From: a virus
Lineage: Duplodnaviria > Caudoviricetes
Virus record (IMG/VR): IMGVR_UViG_3300033144_003713
Coordinates: 1-56,210 of that record
DNA length: 56,210 nucleotides
Direction: 5' to 3' (one strand)
This document shows, piece by piece, positions 18,659 through 28,579 of this stretch. The notes under the pieces are model-generated. The model had not been told where the DNA came from. It saw only the letters and a list, made by a program, of their open reading frames with translations, and did not search any database. A program made the translations under genes and the position numbers. Within the stretch, counting starts at the first letter, position 1; every line of letters begins with the position of its first letter.

Positions 18659-19794
18659 TAGATCACCACGATTGGGTCTACGAGAGTATCGTCAGGAACG
18701 AATACCTCGTCTCTTTCGAGAGTGTAATTAAGAAGAGCTCTAGGTCTACGATCGATAGTGAGACCTTGTAGCCTTAGGTCGGCGATAGTACTAGAGGAGG
18801 AAAGCACAGCTGCTCGTAGCTGATTGATGATCAGCGACTCTCCTGGTCTGATGTCACCAAGATAGTTCAAAGCTGCCTGTTGTGCCAGATCTCTTTCTGT
18901 TGCAGTGATCGAGTTACCAGCCCTTGGGATGAGCCTCACGCTCAAGCTAACAGGAAGATACCTAGGCGGCTCCACGATGAAGAAGGTGCCGTCAGATACA
19001 ACAGAGGCCAGGTTAGAGTAAGCCTGGCGTAGGGTCTCGACAGAGACTCTGTTGTTAGTGGGGATGATGATGATCCTGAATGACCCAGGGCCCGCGAAGT
19101 AGGGCTGCTTGATCATGTCTGCAACGTTAGGTGCGTTGAACACAGCAAGACGCACAGCTACTTCGTTGCGTCCGGCCGAGCTTCTCACCCAGCGAGAGAT
19201 CCTAAACCTATACTCTTCATCACTCTCGAGGTCCGTTGCGCTACTGATGCCACTAATATTCGTCACTAGCACTTCTGCTAGGCTCGTAGTAGAGAGGTCA
19301 CCTGCGCCAACGTTCTGTGCTGTGCCGGTAGCTGACGTGGTAGCACCCACGTACGCTAGCTTGGCTGCAGCTGGGAAGTCGTAGTCTGCATCAACAGTGT
19401 ATGTGACACCGCTAGTGGAGCTAACTGTAGCTCCAGCTGGCACTCTACCAAGGTTGAGGTCAGTGGGGTGGGGTAGCTTTTGCGCAAGTGTGCCGCTTGT
19501 GACATAGAATCTAATGACCCTGTCAGAGGCTGACACCTGTCCTGCTGCAGGAAGCTTACGAGTGAGACCGAAGGTCTCCCCGAAGAGATCAAGGTAGAAG
19601 CCCTGAGCTGTAGGTAGGAACGAGTTGTTCACTGTGTCGTCTAGAGTCTGATACATCTCCTCGATGGTGCCAGAGAATACAGAGGCTAGGCCTCTACTCA
19701 CTGAGCCCTTACCCACCATGGTGACTTCTGTCTCCTGGACAATGCCTCTCAGCATTTGTCTCATGAGCTCTTCACGACTTTTCTTTCTAATCAT
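18658..19794 (-). CDS. Baseplate J-like wedge protein
   Basis: TAQGFYLDLFGETFGLTR, G...NVGAG, DLESDEEYRFRI and GPGSF are Baseplate_J hallmarks. Start reassigned to the ATG at 19794, just after the upstream TAA (378 aa). Confidence 0.85.
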   Translation of the reverse strand: MIRKKSREELMRQMLRGIVQETEVTMVGKGSVSRGLASVFSGTIEEMYQTLDDTVNNSFLPTAQGFYLDLFGETFGLTRKLPAAGQVSASDRVIRFYVTSGTLAQKLPHPTDLNLGRVPAGATVSSTSGVTYTVDADYDFPAAAKLAYVGATTSATGTAQNVGAGDLSTTSLAEVLVTNISGISSATDLESDEEYRFRISRWVRSSAGRNEVAVRLAVFNAPNVADMIKQPYFAGPGSFRIIIIPTNNRVSVETLRQAYSNLASVVSDGTFFIVEPPRYLPVSLSVRLIPRAGNSITATERDLAQQAALNYLGDIRPGESLIINQLRAAVLSSSSTIADLRLQGLTIDRRPRALLNYTLERDEVFVPDDTLVDPIVVI

Positions 19795-19795
19795 A

Positions 19796-20230
19796 TTAGG
19801 CCTCTGGCTCAATTTCACCGGTGAGGAAGGAGAACTTCCAACCAAGGACTAGGCTATCGGCGTCAACTGTACCGTCTGCCTCGAGGAAGATGCCGTTGTG
19901 TCTCACGACGACACCAGCTTCTTCTAGATCAACTTTGACAATTGTATAGTCAATATCTTCCATTGCTAGATCCTCTACATCGGCTAGTCCAATACCTAGG
20001 TCCTGCCTCATGGCCTGGTGGACCATGGGAGTGTTAGGCTTGCCGATGTAGTTCTGTGCGCCCCAGCCTACGGAGGGGTCACTCTTGAAGCCACCACGAG
20101 TGGTGTTCAGTACTACGATCATCAGCTGTCTCTGTGACTGCTTGGTCGTACCTACGGCAATGTCTCCACCGCTTAGATCGATCTCACCGTCATCAAAGGT
20201 CTTGATGTCTCTCTGGAAATATCTAGCCAT
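19796..20230 (-). CDS. gp25/gpW-like baseplate wedge (sheath initiator)
   Basis: DGEIDLSGGDIA...Q..LNTTRGGFKSDPSVGWGAQNYIGKPN fits the gp25-like pattern; directly upstream of the J-like gene. Confidence 0.75.
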   Translation of the reverse strand: MARYFQRDIKTFDDGEIDLSGGDIAVGTTKQSQRQLMIVVLNTTRGGFKSDPSVGWGAQNYIGKPNTPMVHQAMRQDLGIGLADVEDLAMEDIDYTIVKVDLEEAGVVVRHNGIFLEADGTVDADSLVLGWKFSFLTGEIEPEA

Positions 20231-20649
20231 TATTCAATGCTTTCAGGTAGGAAGTCTTCGAAGTCTACAATCTGGAAGCTCTTCTTCCTTCGTGGTCTGC
20301 CAAGTACACCATTGTTGGAGTCATTAATCTCGTCATCGATATCGTCAGCTACTGCAGCGATAGCGAAGATCATTCCCATAGCAAGCGATGCTTGCCCTGC
20401 ATGTGTCTCTAGCCATGTAGGTAGAGGGGTAACAATGTTAGACGAGATGACCTTGCCGACGGGGTTCATCTGGTAGTTGCCAGAGAAGACACGACCAGGA
20501 TCATCGGGGCCCAGCTGTACAGCCGGAGCGGTGAACTTGGTCATACCCTTACCGAATGCAACGCGAAGCTCACCCAGTCTATCGAACATGGTGATGTTAT
20601 CGTCTGTAATGCGTCCGCTGAACCGTCCCATTAGAACCACCTTTCCCAT
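20230..20649 (-). CDS. Hypothetical baseplate-region protein (139 aa), possibly spike-related
   Basis: Lies between the hub and the gp25-like gene; short beta-rich N-terminus and a hydrophobic C-terminal helix. Confidence 0.5.
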   Translation of the reverse strand: MGKVVLMGRFSGRITDDNITMFDRLGELRVAFGKGMTKFTAPAVQLGPDDPGRVFSGNYQMNPVGKVISSNIVTPLPTWLETHAGQASLAMGMIFAIAAVADDIDDEINDSNNGVLGRPRRKKSFQIVDFEDFLPESIE

Positions 20650-21242
20650 GGCCTAGCGTACTTCTCTTTCTTCTTAGAGTAAGGTACGCCAATAGTTCTG
20701 TTGCCTGGTGTGCCATATCTGGCTTGTGCCATCTTCATCTTCTCGGGGATAGGTGTCTTACTATCCCCCATCTTTCTACGAGATACATCATCGGCAGTCT
20801 CACCAGATGGAACTGATGCCCACGAGGATTTGAGTCCTGCCTTGGGTACAAGTTTACCAGATGTAGCTGTCCAGAAGGGATAGGGAACTCTAACAAGGAA
20901 ATCCTTCATGATTTCATCGCCAGACATCCCCTCGTGATCAATCACGATGGGTCTCACATTCTCTTGGGCCCACTTACGAAGAGAGCTTTCGTCTGAGCCT
21001 GAATTACCGTCATCAACCATGCGACCCTGGTGCTTTTCTTTGAAAGCATTGATAGGTGCTACGTAGACGATAGGTCTGCGATCTCTATTCTCTGAGGGTA
21101 GATAGCCCGGCGACCTAACTCCATTACCGAGCTTGCCTCTGTAGATAGCGCACAGAACGAACCTACCGGTACGTTCATGCTGCCTACTCTCTTGATCTCT
21201 AGTGTCTTGGCGGCGCTCTTCATTCATAGACTGCTTGCGCAT
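20631..21242 (-). CDS. Hypothetical basic protein (203 aa)
   Basis: TAATG-coupled to the 2445-aa gene. Confidence 0.6.
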   Translation of the reverse strand: MRKQSMNEERRQDTRDQESRQHERTGRFVLCAIYRGKLGNGVRSPGYLPSENRDRRPIVYVAPINAFKEKHQGRMVDDGNSGSDESSLRKWAQENVRPIVIDHEGMSGDEIMKDFLVRVPYPFWTATSGKLVPKAGLKSSWASVPSGETADDVSRRKMGDSKTPIPEKMKMAQARYGTPGNRTIGVPYSKKKEKYARPWERWF

Positions 21243-24200
21243 TATCTTCTACTCCTGTCGAGTGCTCTGTCGTATTGGTTGCCTCTGCTGAATGGATCAC
21301 CGATCCTAGAGAAGTCATCAGCAACGTTGACAATGAACTTCTCAACGTCCTTCCTGATGTCACCGCCAAGGCCAGCGAACTTATCAAAGATACTATACAT
21401 GTCCTGGCTGCTAGTCTCTATACCGGCCTGGAAGTTCTGCCCTCTGTAGAGGAGCATGTGTACATCAATAGGTAGCTCAGTTGAGTTGAGCTGGTGCTTA
21501 ACGTAGAGTGATGTGGCGAGGTCGCCTAGGTTGGCGACACCCCAGAGGCCAGTAAGCGCTTTGAAGCCACCAGGAGTAACAACGTTCTTACCTAGCCAGT
21601 TAGCCATAGACAGGCTTCGTCCACCAGCCCACTTCGCAGCCTGGCCTGCTGCTCCTGCAGTACCTGAACCGAATGCTTCTTTAACGCTAGCTCCAGCCCA
21701 CTTAAAGAAGGTACCGAAGCCAGTCTTCATGGAGGACTTAGCTGCCTCCGTAGCAAGAGCCTTTTGTCCATACCTGGTGATACCACCAGCAATAGCAGAG
21801 GCCGCACGTGTGCCAAAGGCCGCTGCGGGACCGACGAACGGTAGTACGAACCCAGCGATAGAGAAGATCAATAGGCCTGCGTCAAGCAGGTCTAGTACCG
21901 CACCCATGTCTCGCATGACACCCTGCATGGATGTTAGTTGCATCTCAGACGTAGGGTTGTTGACACGCACGAGGGTGTGAGGCTCGATCTCGGAGATCCA
22001 GCCCTGGGACACATTGAAGTGGTGAATAACAGAAGCTACTTCGAAGTGACCACGAAGATCATTCTGATCATCCTGGAGGTAGATAACATCGTGAGGCTTA
22101 ATACTTCTGCCAATGATGGTGATGCTGCCTCGATACATAGGCTGAAGAAGCTGACCCATGTTGGTCATGATGGTCTTCGCCTTCTGGTTCGGGTGAATAG
22201 CGTTCAGCTCATAGGTGACGCCGAGCTTACGGTTCTCCTTGCCGATCTTATAGGTGAAGGGGATACCGTCGGTCGTTGGGTACGACCTCCAGTCGGTGTC
22301 TTCGTACTGGATCATGATGTCTTCTTCGTCCTCGTTCCCATCGACATCTTTGCTGTCATTAACGTGGTACTCGACCTCAGAGGCAGGGGCCCTGAGGAGA
22401 ATACAGTTAGACATCTCTGACATACTAGCTGTCAGATTGTTAGCAATGAGATCCTTGTTGCCAATGAGGTGGTAATCCCTGAATACCCTGTAGCCAGGAG
22501 GCAGGTCAAAGATGCGCATCTTCCTGGATGCATCTCTGAGCTTAGCCTTATTGAGAGTACGGTTAACCTCTTCACTCTTGATCCATAGGTATACGTTCCA
22601 GCAGAACAGACGGAAGCCTCCGCCTGTCTCCAGTAGAACATCAGCCACTGAGGCGTTAGCAGGGAAGTCTGTAATAGCATTCTCGAAAGGATCCATGAGA
22701 GTAGATCTTCTAACAAGAGTCCTGTTCCTGTTCTTCTCGGCTCTGACCTTGAGGGCATCACCCTGCTTCTTGGTCATGACACCAGAGTTAACTAGTGTAT
22801 CGATCTGGCGCGCGTAGCCGCCTTCGCGAGGAGCTTGGCTACCAAAGATTGCTGGCGTATCGTTAGTTAGACGCTTGTACTCTGTGTTGAACAGACCATT
22901 AGGATCATGCTCTAGCTTCTCCTTAAAGGTATCGAAGATACCCAGACCTGGCTCGGCGAACATCTGCTCTAGGTCCCTGGCGGCCCCTGCGAGTACCGCC
23001 ACTCCCTTTTGAGGGTCAATGTCGTAGTACCAGAAGAAGAGGTTCTCAAGGAGCGTAGGATCGATCTGACGGAACTCTTTGACAACTGTGTCCTTCATGT
23101 TGTTAGCATAGACCCACCAGTGGGTCTCAATGTTGAAGCCTGCAGGTAGACGTACGCTGACTCTGTCCTGGATGAAGCTGCCGCGAGCCTTCTCGTAGAA
23201 GTCACCTCTATCTACGAATGTTCTATCATATAGAATGTCGAGGAACTCGGCCTTGTCATCTCCATCAGGTAGCTCGTCTAGCTCGAGGATATCCTCGTGA
23301 CGTAGGAATAGAGATGCGTCATCGTTGCTAGAGAAGATGTCTTCTCCAACGAAGTAGCTGTTGTCCTCGAGCGCACGAGCATACTTACCCTGTGCCTTGC
23401 TGAAGTTCTCTGTGTCCGTGCCACCAAAATGGCCACGGTACATAGCTACGTACACACTGCTGAGGAAAGGAACGATGAGCTGAGTCTGGAAGTCTATTCT
23501 AGATTCCTTCTTGTTAAGGACAGGGTTGAGTCTAGCGTAGGTTAGCTGCTCGACATGTCCTGGCTCACGATACATATACGGCTGCTCGGGCTGGCCTACG
23601 AAGAGCGTGCCGTCAGTCTCGAATGGTACCACCTGAGCGATAGCCCCGGGCCTGTGCCTGGCTACTTCTTTGATAGCATCCCACGCAGACTGAGGAGGAA
23701 TGATCCACTTAGCCCACTTGCCACCAGAGTATGCGGTGTCGATCCACCATGCATCGGGCTTCATCTCAGTGGCTAGCTCTAGTAGAGGGTCAACGGTGTG
23801 GGCCCATAGGTAGTTACGGAACCCCTCGTACATAGAGTCTGGATTTTCCTCATCATTGAAAGCATTCAGTATCGGAATGCCTGCGCCGATATCGGTGATA
23901 GCTAGCAGAGGAAGGTCTCTCTTGATGAAGACTCTGCGGTCTGCTTCAAGACGAGCGTTGGATGTCACGTGAACATTTGTCATGTTCACTAGCTTCTTGT
24001 TCATGACGTAGTCAACGAAACCCACAGAGGCTGAAGGGTCCTGGCCAGGTGTCACGATCGCACGCATGCTAGCTTCGCTAATCTCACGTACGCCAACTCC
24101 CTCACCAAGGTGGGGTGTCTCAGTCTTCTCGAGCACCTTGCGAATGATATCTAGGTGGTTGATGGACTCCATCTCAAACTGTACTTCATTGAGGAGCTCA

Positions 24201-27200
24201 CGCTTGTGCCCTTGAGCAACAAGGCTCACAACGTTACCAGGCATGATCTCTGTGATCATACCGGTGAAGATGATGTCCATGTCCTCAGGGAGAGAGCCAT
24301 AGCCTAGACGTAGCTGTACAGTGATACCTGTCTGTAGCTTGAGCTTGGAGAAGTATCCCTCTCCTGCATCGTCTACGTTGAGGCCAAGCTTATCCTGAGA
24401 ATCTCTGGTGAGGATCTCTTCGTTGGATAGGTTGTGGGTGACGTTAGATAGCTGACACGTTAGTAGCGCAGCGTCTTCCTTGTCGATGCGCACAGATAGA
24501 CTGATCAGGCTGTTCACACCATAGAGGTCATCAGAGAGATACTCCACGCCTCTGTCTTTATCAATGAAGTACAGACGATAGGCAGGGAAGAGCTTGCCCA
24601 TGGATAGAGTCTTATCGTTCACACGAGCCAACAGGTCTCTGTTGGTTCTGGTGATGTGCTCCTTGTCATAAGGATCGAATACGCTCAGGGCATCTCCAGA
24701 GAAGGTGTTGAGCGGTCCGCCCTTAGCCTTAACGAACTTAGGCCTACGTCCACCGGAGACAACGTTGCCAAGGTGGTTGCCCTTCTCGTCAATGACGAGG
24801 AGGCTTAGCGTTGGCTTCTCGTCACCAACAACTGGACCATTGTTCACAGCGTGTAGCGCTAGGTGATCGTTCTCACGTCCATTAAGTCTAGGGTCTGCAG
24901 AGCGCTGGCTGAGCGGCTTCCAGATCTGCTTGAGGAACTGATCGATACCACGTGTACCAAGAGCAGCGATCTCATTAGGGATAGGCTTCAACATATACTT
25001 AGGACTAAGGTATTCGCCCAGCGCCCTGTCTAGAGCGTCTTCCTTCTCGGAGGCTGCAGCGATAGTTTCTGGCTTTAGCCTCTTATGAAAATAAGGCAGG
25101 TCAGGATCAACTGGGTCGTTGATCCTGCGTGGGGTCTTAGCCTGTGCCTCCATGGCGTCTTCGTACGCCACAGCTCTGTGGTACGGAGGCTTGATACCTA
25201 GGTCTCCGTAGGTTGGGGCGAACTTTCTCCACAGCTCCTTACTGTCAGCATCTACAGCTTTTCTTCCGAAGAGCGCAGCGTAGGTAGGTAGGTTCATGTC
25301 AGCATAGTTAGAGGTGATAGGCTTGTACTCGCTACCAGGGACGTCCTCCATCGCACGCTGGTCAACGTTAACATTTGTTTCCCTGACTGTGTCCTGGAGA
25401 GACTCTAGTTTGAGCCCAGCCTTGCCACCAAGGGTTGGGAAGTTCTCATAGGCACCGGTACGCAGTAGGCCTAGGAGACGCTGTCTGGCGTCTCTTACGT
25501 CAGAGGATGTCCAGGCAGGCTCTTTAGATTGGTCCTGATAGATGCGGCCGCCGAAGACGATGTCGAAGTATGCATCCCATAGCTCCTTGGCAAAGAACAC
25601 ATCCTTTCTTCCATCGATAGCCATCCACCTAAGCATCTCTCTGCCCTGCTCCTTGATGTTGAGCTGAGCACTGTCGCCAGTGAGAGTCTCAAAGAAGTCT
25701 GCAGTAGGAAAGCCTAGGTGATCTGCAAGGGCTGCAGCTGGTGATAGAAGAGCAAGCTGAACAGGGTCAAAGGACTCGGCACCCTCAGGACGTTCGTACT
25801 GTCCCTTGGATAGGAAATTGTTCGCCTTGCCTTGGGCAATGCGTTCAATCCTACTGAGGGAGAAGTCTTGGTCTTCGTCACCCTCTCTGATTCTGTTGTA
25901 GCCGGTGTTAGACTGAGCGGAGAAGTTAAAGATACTAGCAGGGTTGTAGTTGCCGTGTGCCAGTCTTCTCTCTGTACCGAGGTAGCCACCAGTCTGACTC
26001 ACCACATAGGAGATAGGATTAAGTAGACCATTCCTGTTGGTGGGATCCAGCTCGAAGATGCTTGCGTCTTCGAACTGTGCGCCTTCCAAGACTGCAGCTA
26101 CAGTTCTATCATTGGATGCACGAGTGTCCCACAGAACATGACGCACACCATTCTTCTTCTTCTGTGTGAGATAGAACCATGCAGCTGCCAGGATGTTGGG
26201 CTGAATGATTGAGTTCACACCTCGGCTGTCATCGCCGAACACTAGCTCATACGCAAAGGCACCTTCGCCATCTAGCTCAGACTTTTTAGGCTTGTTGGGA
26301 TCCACAGGGCGGGTCTTGTACCAGTTCACCTTGAGTTTGTCAGAGTAGAAGTCTCGCTGAGGCCTAGACAATTCCTTTGTATTAAACTCGACCTGGTCGT
26401 TGAGCAGGTCGTAGATGTGGTTCCAGATAGTTCTGACGTCGTTCTGCTCACCCTTACCCTTAGAGGCTAGGACGATAGACTCAGCAAGCTGGAAGCTTAG
26501 ACGGTTCTCCAGTAGCTCGAGCTCAATGACCCACTTCTCTTCCTGAGCATTTCTATACGTGCTCACGCCAGAGATAGCGAAGTCACGTGCACCCAGGAAG
26601 TTGAGGACGTTGTTCTTAATGGTGATGAACTGTCGACGATGGTAAGGAGCACCACTCTGATAGACAGCAGCATCTAGCTCTGACTTCATCTCGTGGAACT
26701 TAGCTAGTGTCACAGCATCTGTGGTTTCGATGGTCACGAATGCATGCACGTTGTCTACGCCCATGTACTGGACCACTGGGTACACACTGCCCAGTAGAGG
26801 CAGTGTAGCCATCTTCATGAAGAACCTAGACTCCACGTGAGTCACCACGAAGTCTTTACCACTAGGTGCGAACTCTCGGATGTCACCGTGGGCAGGGTCT
26901 TCCCATTTGAATGTCATACCAGCTTCTTCTTCTCCGAAGCTAGTCTGGTATGGCTCCATGTATTCGAGGCCTGAGTCTAGAGCGGATGCACTCATGAACA
27001 TCTTCTGAGCCAGTCTGGGGATCCAGACTGCCTGCTGTACGTTCGGGGTCATGTCTCCGTTAGAGTCTCTGTACCTGATCTTGCCATCCTGCCAGACGTT
27101 CTCGTTGAACCTTCTGAAGAAGAGCTTCACAAGCAGCGTGTTGGTCTGGTTGTCCTGCGTCTCTACTACTGCTCCCTGGAATGCGCATGCAACTGTGATA

Positions 27201-28579
27201 AGGTTGCGGTCCAGGTTGGACAGCCTGCTTGACTTGTCTGTATCAGGGATGGGATCCACAACAGGTGCGATACCATTGCTACCGGTTCTGTCTCCTACCA
27301 TGTAGTCGACGAACGGGTTCAGACTACCCACGAACTGCTTGAAGCCCTCGATGCTCCTACCGCTCATCTTACCTGTGGTCTCACTATATACGTACGCAAG
27401 CTGACGACCGAAGTATCCTCTACCAGGGCTCGTGTCTACTCTGACAAATGAGTTGACAGGGTGTAGCTTCTCTAGTGCTGCAGTGGACTCAAGCGCACCA
27501 GGTGCTGGGGCTCTGGTGGAGGCAGTCTTGCCTGCTGGTACGTTACGTGTAGCTGAGTTCATTTCAGGGGAGTTGATACCCATGAAACGTAGCTGCTCTG
27601 GTTCAACGTTTAGAGTGTTAGGTTCTGGGACAACCCAGATACCGTCACCATCCTCTACACCAGAAGGAGCACCCTCATATGACACCACCTTGTAGAGAGG
27701 GAATGTAGTGTGGGCAGGAGAACCCGTGGGGTTCTCAATAGTGTTCTCTGGGGCAATGAAGTCCTCACCTAGGAGGGCAAGCTTTTCGTTCTGGTATGTT
27801 GCTGCGTTGGTACCCTGCGTTGCAAGAACCTTTCCTACAACCTCGTCCCTGACTCTTTGGAAGAGCTCGGGAGCTAGCAGGCTGTTCACATAGACGGGTA
27901 CGATAGCAGCACTTGAGATCTCCACAATAGGAGCAGCCTTAAGCGTAGCTAGCAGACCCTGTAGTCCATAGGTCAGGAAGGAACCATCGTCCTTGAAGAC
28001 TGGGTTGAGACTCTCCTGAGGAACCTCGATCGAGATCTGCATCGTGATGTCATTGTTGTGGTCCCTGATCACAGGGTCCGTGATAGATCTAACTGTACGT
28101 GCTACTCGAGCATCATAGTTCTCTGTGATCTGCACATCTACGATGGGCATCTCTGTGCCCAGCTGTACCGGTCCGATCCACGTGTGGATGTTACGGAACG
28201 TTTCTTCCATCCTATCGGAGACATCTTTGCTAAGAGCTTCACTCTCTGTGGAGAAAGCTGTAGCTCTTCGTGAGGCTAGGCTGTTCCATCTGTTCCTGCG
28301 ACGACGCTGGATGTCCACCTCAGCGATGATCTCGTTGATGGCTCTCGTACCTTCTTTGAGATACTTTGAGGTTTCGTCGTCATCTAGACCAGGAGGCAGA
28401 GTGATGTCATTGATCGATAGCTGTACTACGGCTACGAAACGGGCAAAGTCATTGTCCGAATACGTAATAGAATTGTAGAAGTCCTCAAGGCCCTCTACGG
28501 GCCTTGTGACTGGGTCAGTCTCGAAGGTAGGTACCTTCAGCTGCTTCAGGAAGTCTACTTTGTTTGTGATTAGACCCAT
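21242..28579 (-). CDS. Giant baseplate hub/central tail protein with a thermonuclease (SNase)-like domain and a hydrophobic C-terminus (2445 aa)
   Basis: Hub-like motifs VQLRLGYGS...IFTGMITEI...LVAQG and YRGSITIIGRSIKPHD.IYLQD...FEVASVIHHF...GWISEIEP. SNase-like motifs EDGDGI.V, LRFMGINSPE and YFGRQLAYVY at about 27380-27660. Confidence 0.7.
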   Translation of the reverse strand: MGLITNKVDFLKQLKVPTFETDPVTRPVEGLEDFYNSITYSDNDFARFVAVVQLSINDITLPPGLDDDETSKYLKEGTRAINEIIAEVDIQRRRRNRWNSLASRRATAFSTESEALSKDVSDRMEETFRNIHTWIGPVQLGTEMPIVDVQITENYDARVARTVRSITDPVIRDHNNDITMQISIEVPQESLNPVFKDDGSFLTYGLQGLLATLKAAPIVEISSAAIVPVYVNSLLAPELFQRVRDEVVGKVLATQGTNAATYQNEKLALLGEDFIAPENTIENPTGSPAHTTFPLYKVVSYEGAPSGVEDGDGIWVVPEPNTLNVEPEQLRFMGINSPEMNSATRNVPAGKTASTRAPAPGALESTAALEKLHPVNSFVRVDTSPGRGYFGRQLAYVYSETTGKMSGRSIEGFKQFVGSLNPFVDYMVGDRTGSNGIAPVVDPIPDTDKSSRLSNLDRNLITVACAFQGAVVETQDNQTNTLLVKLFFRRFNENVWQDGKIRYRDSNGDMTPNVQQAVWIPRLAQKMFMSASALDSGLEYMEPYQTSFGEEEAGMTFKWEDPAHGDIREFAPSGKDFVVTHVESRFFMKMATLPLLGSVYPVVQYMGVDNVHAFVTIETTDAVTLAKFHEMKSELDAAVYQSGAPYHRRQFITIKNNVLNFLGARDFAISGVSTYRNAQEEKWVIELELLENRLSFQLAESIVLASKGKGEQNDVRTIWNHIYDLLNDQVEFNTKELSRPQRDFYSDKLKVNWYKTRPVDPNKPKKSELDGEGAFAYELVFGDDSRGVNSIIQPNILAAAWFYLTQKKKNGVRHVLWDTRASNDRTVAAVLEGAQFEDASIFELDPTNRNGLLNPISYVVSQTGGYLGTERRLAHGNYNPASIFNFSAQSNTGYNRIREGDEDQDFSLSRIERIAQGKANNFLSKGQYERPEGAESFDPVQLALLSPAAALADHLGFPTADFFETLTGDSAQLNIKEQGREMLRWMAIDGRKDVFFAKELWDAYFDIVFGGRIYQDQSKEPAWTSSDVRDARQRLLGLLRTGAYENFPTLGGKAGLKLESLQDTVRETNVNVDQRAMEDVPGSEYKPITSNYADMNLPTYAALFGRKAVDADSKELWRKFAPTYGDLGIKPPYHRAVAYEDAMEAQAKTPRRINDPVDPDLPYFHKRLKPETIAAASEKEDALDRALGEYLSPKYMLKPIPNEIAALGTRGIDQFLKQIWKPLSQRSADPRLNGRENDHLALHAVNNGPVVGDEKPTLSLLVIDEKGNHLGNVVSGGRRPKFVKAKGGPLNTFSGDALSVFDPYDKEHITRTNRDLLARVNDKTLSMGKLFPAYRLYFIDKDRGVEYLSDDLYGVNSLISLSVRIDKEDAALLTCQLSNVTHNLSNEEILTRDSQDKLGLNVDDAGEGYFSKLKLQTGITVQLRLGYGSLPEDMDIIFTGMITEIMPGNVVSLVAQGHKRELLNEVQFEMESINHLDIIRKVLEKTETPHLGEGVGVREISEASMRAIVTPGQDPSASVGFVDYVMNKKLVNMTNVHVTSNARLEADRRVFIKRDLPLLAITDIGAGIPILNAFNDEENPDSMYEGFRNYLWAHTVDPLLELATEMKPDAWWIDTAYSGGKWAKWIIPPQSAWDAIKEVARHRPGAIAQVVPFETDGTLFVGQPEQPYMYREPGHVEQLTYARLNPVLNKKESRIDFQTQLIVPFLSSVYVAMYRGHFGGTDTENFSKAQGKYARALEDNSYFVGEDIFSSNDDASLFLRHEDILELDELPDGDDKAEFLDILYDRTFVDRGDFYEKARGSFIQDRVSVRLPAGFNIETHWWVYANNMKDTVVKEFRQIDPTLLENLFFWYYDIDPQKGVAVLAGAARDLEQMFAEPGLGIFDTFKEKLEHDPNGLFNTEYKRLTNDTPAIFGSQAPREGGYARQIDTLVNSGVMTKKQGDALKVRAEKNRNRTLVRRSTLMDPFENAITDFPANASVADVLLETGGGFRLFCWNVYLWIKSEEVNRTLNKAKLRDASRKMRIFDLPPGYRVFRDYHLIGNKDLIANNLTASMSEMSNCILLRAPASEVEYHVNDSKDVDGNEDEEDIMIQYEDTDWRSYPTTDGIPFTYKIGKENRKLGVTYELNAIHPNQKAKTIMTNMGQLLQPMYRGSITIIGRSIKPHDVIYLQDDQNDLRGHFEVASVIHHFNVSQGWISEIEPHTLVRVNNPTSEMQLTSMQGVMRDMGAVLDLLDAGLLIFSIAGFVLPFVGPAAAFGTRAASAIAGGITRYGQKALATEAAKSSMKTGFGTFFKWAGASVKEAFGSGTAGAAGQAAKWAGGRSLSMANWLGKNVVTPGGFKALTGLWGVANLGDLATSLYVKHQLNSTELPIDVHMLLYRGQNFQAGIETSSQDMYSIFDKFAGLGGDIRKDVEKFIVNVADDFSRIGDPFSRGNQYDRALDRSRR

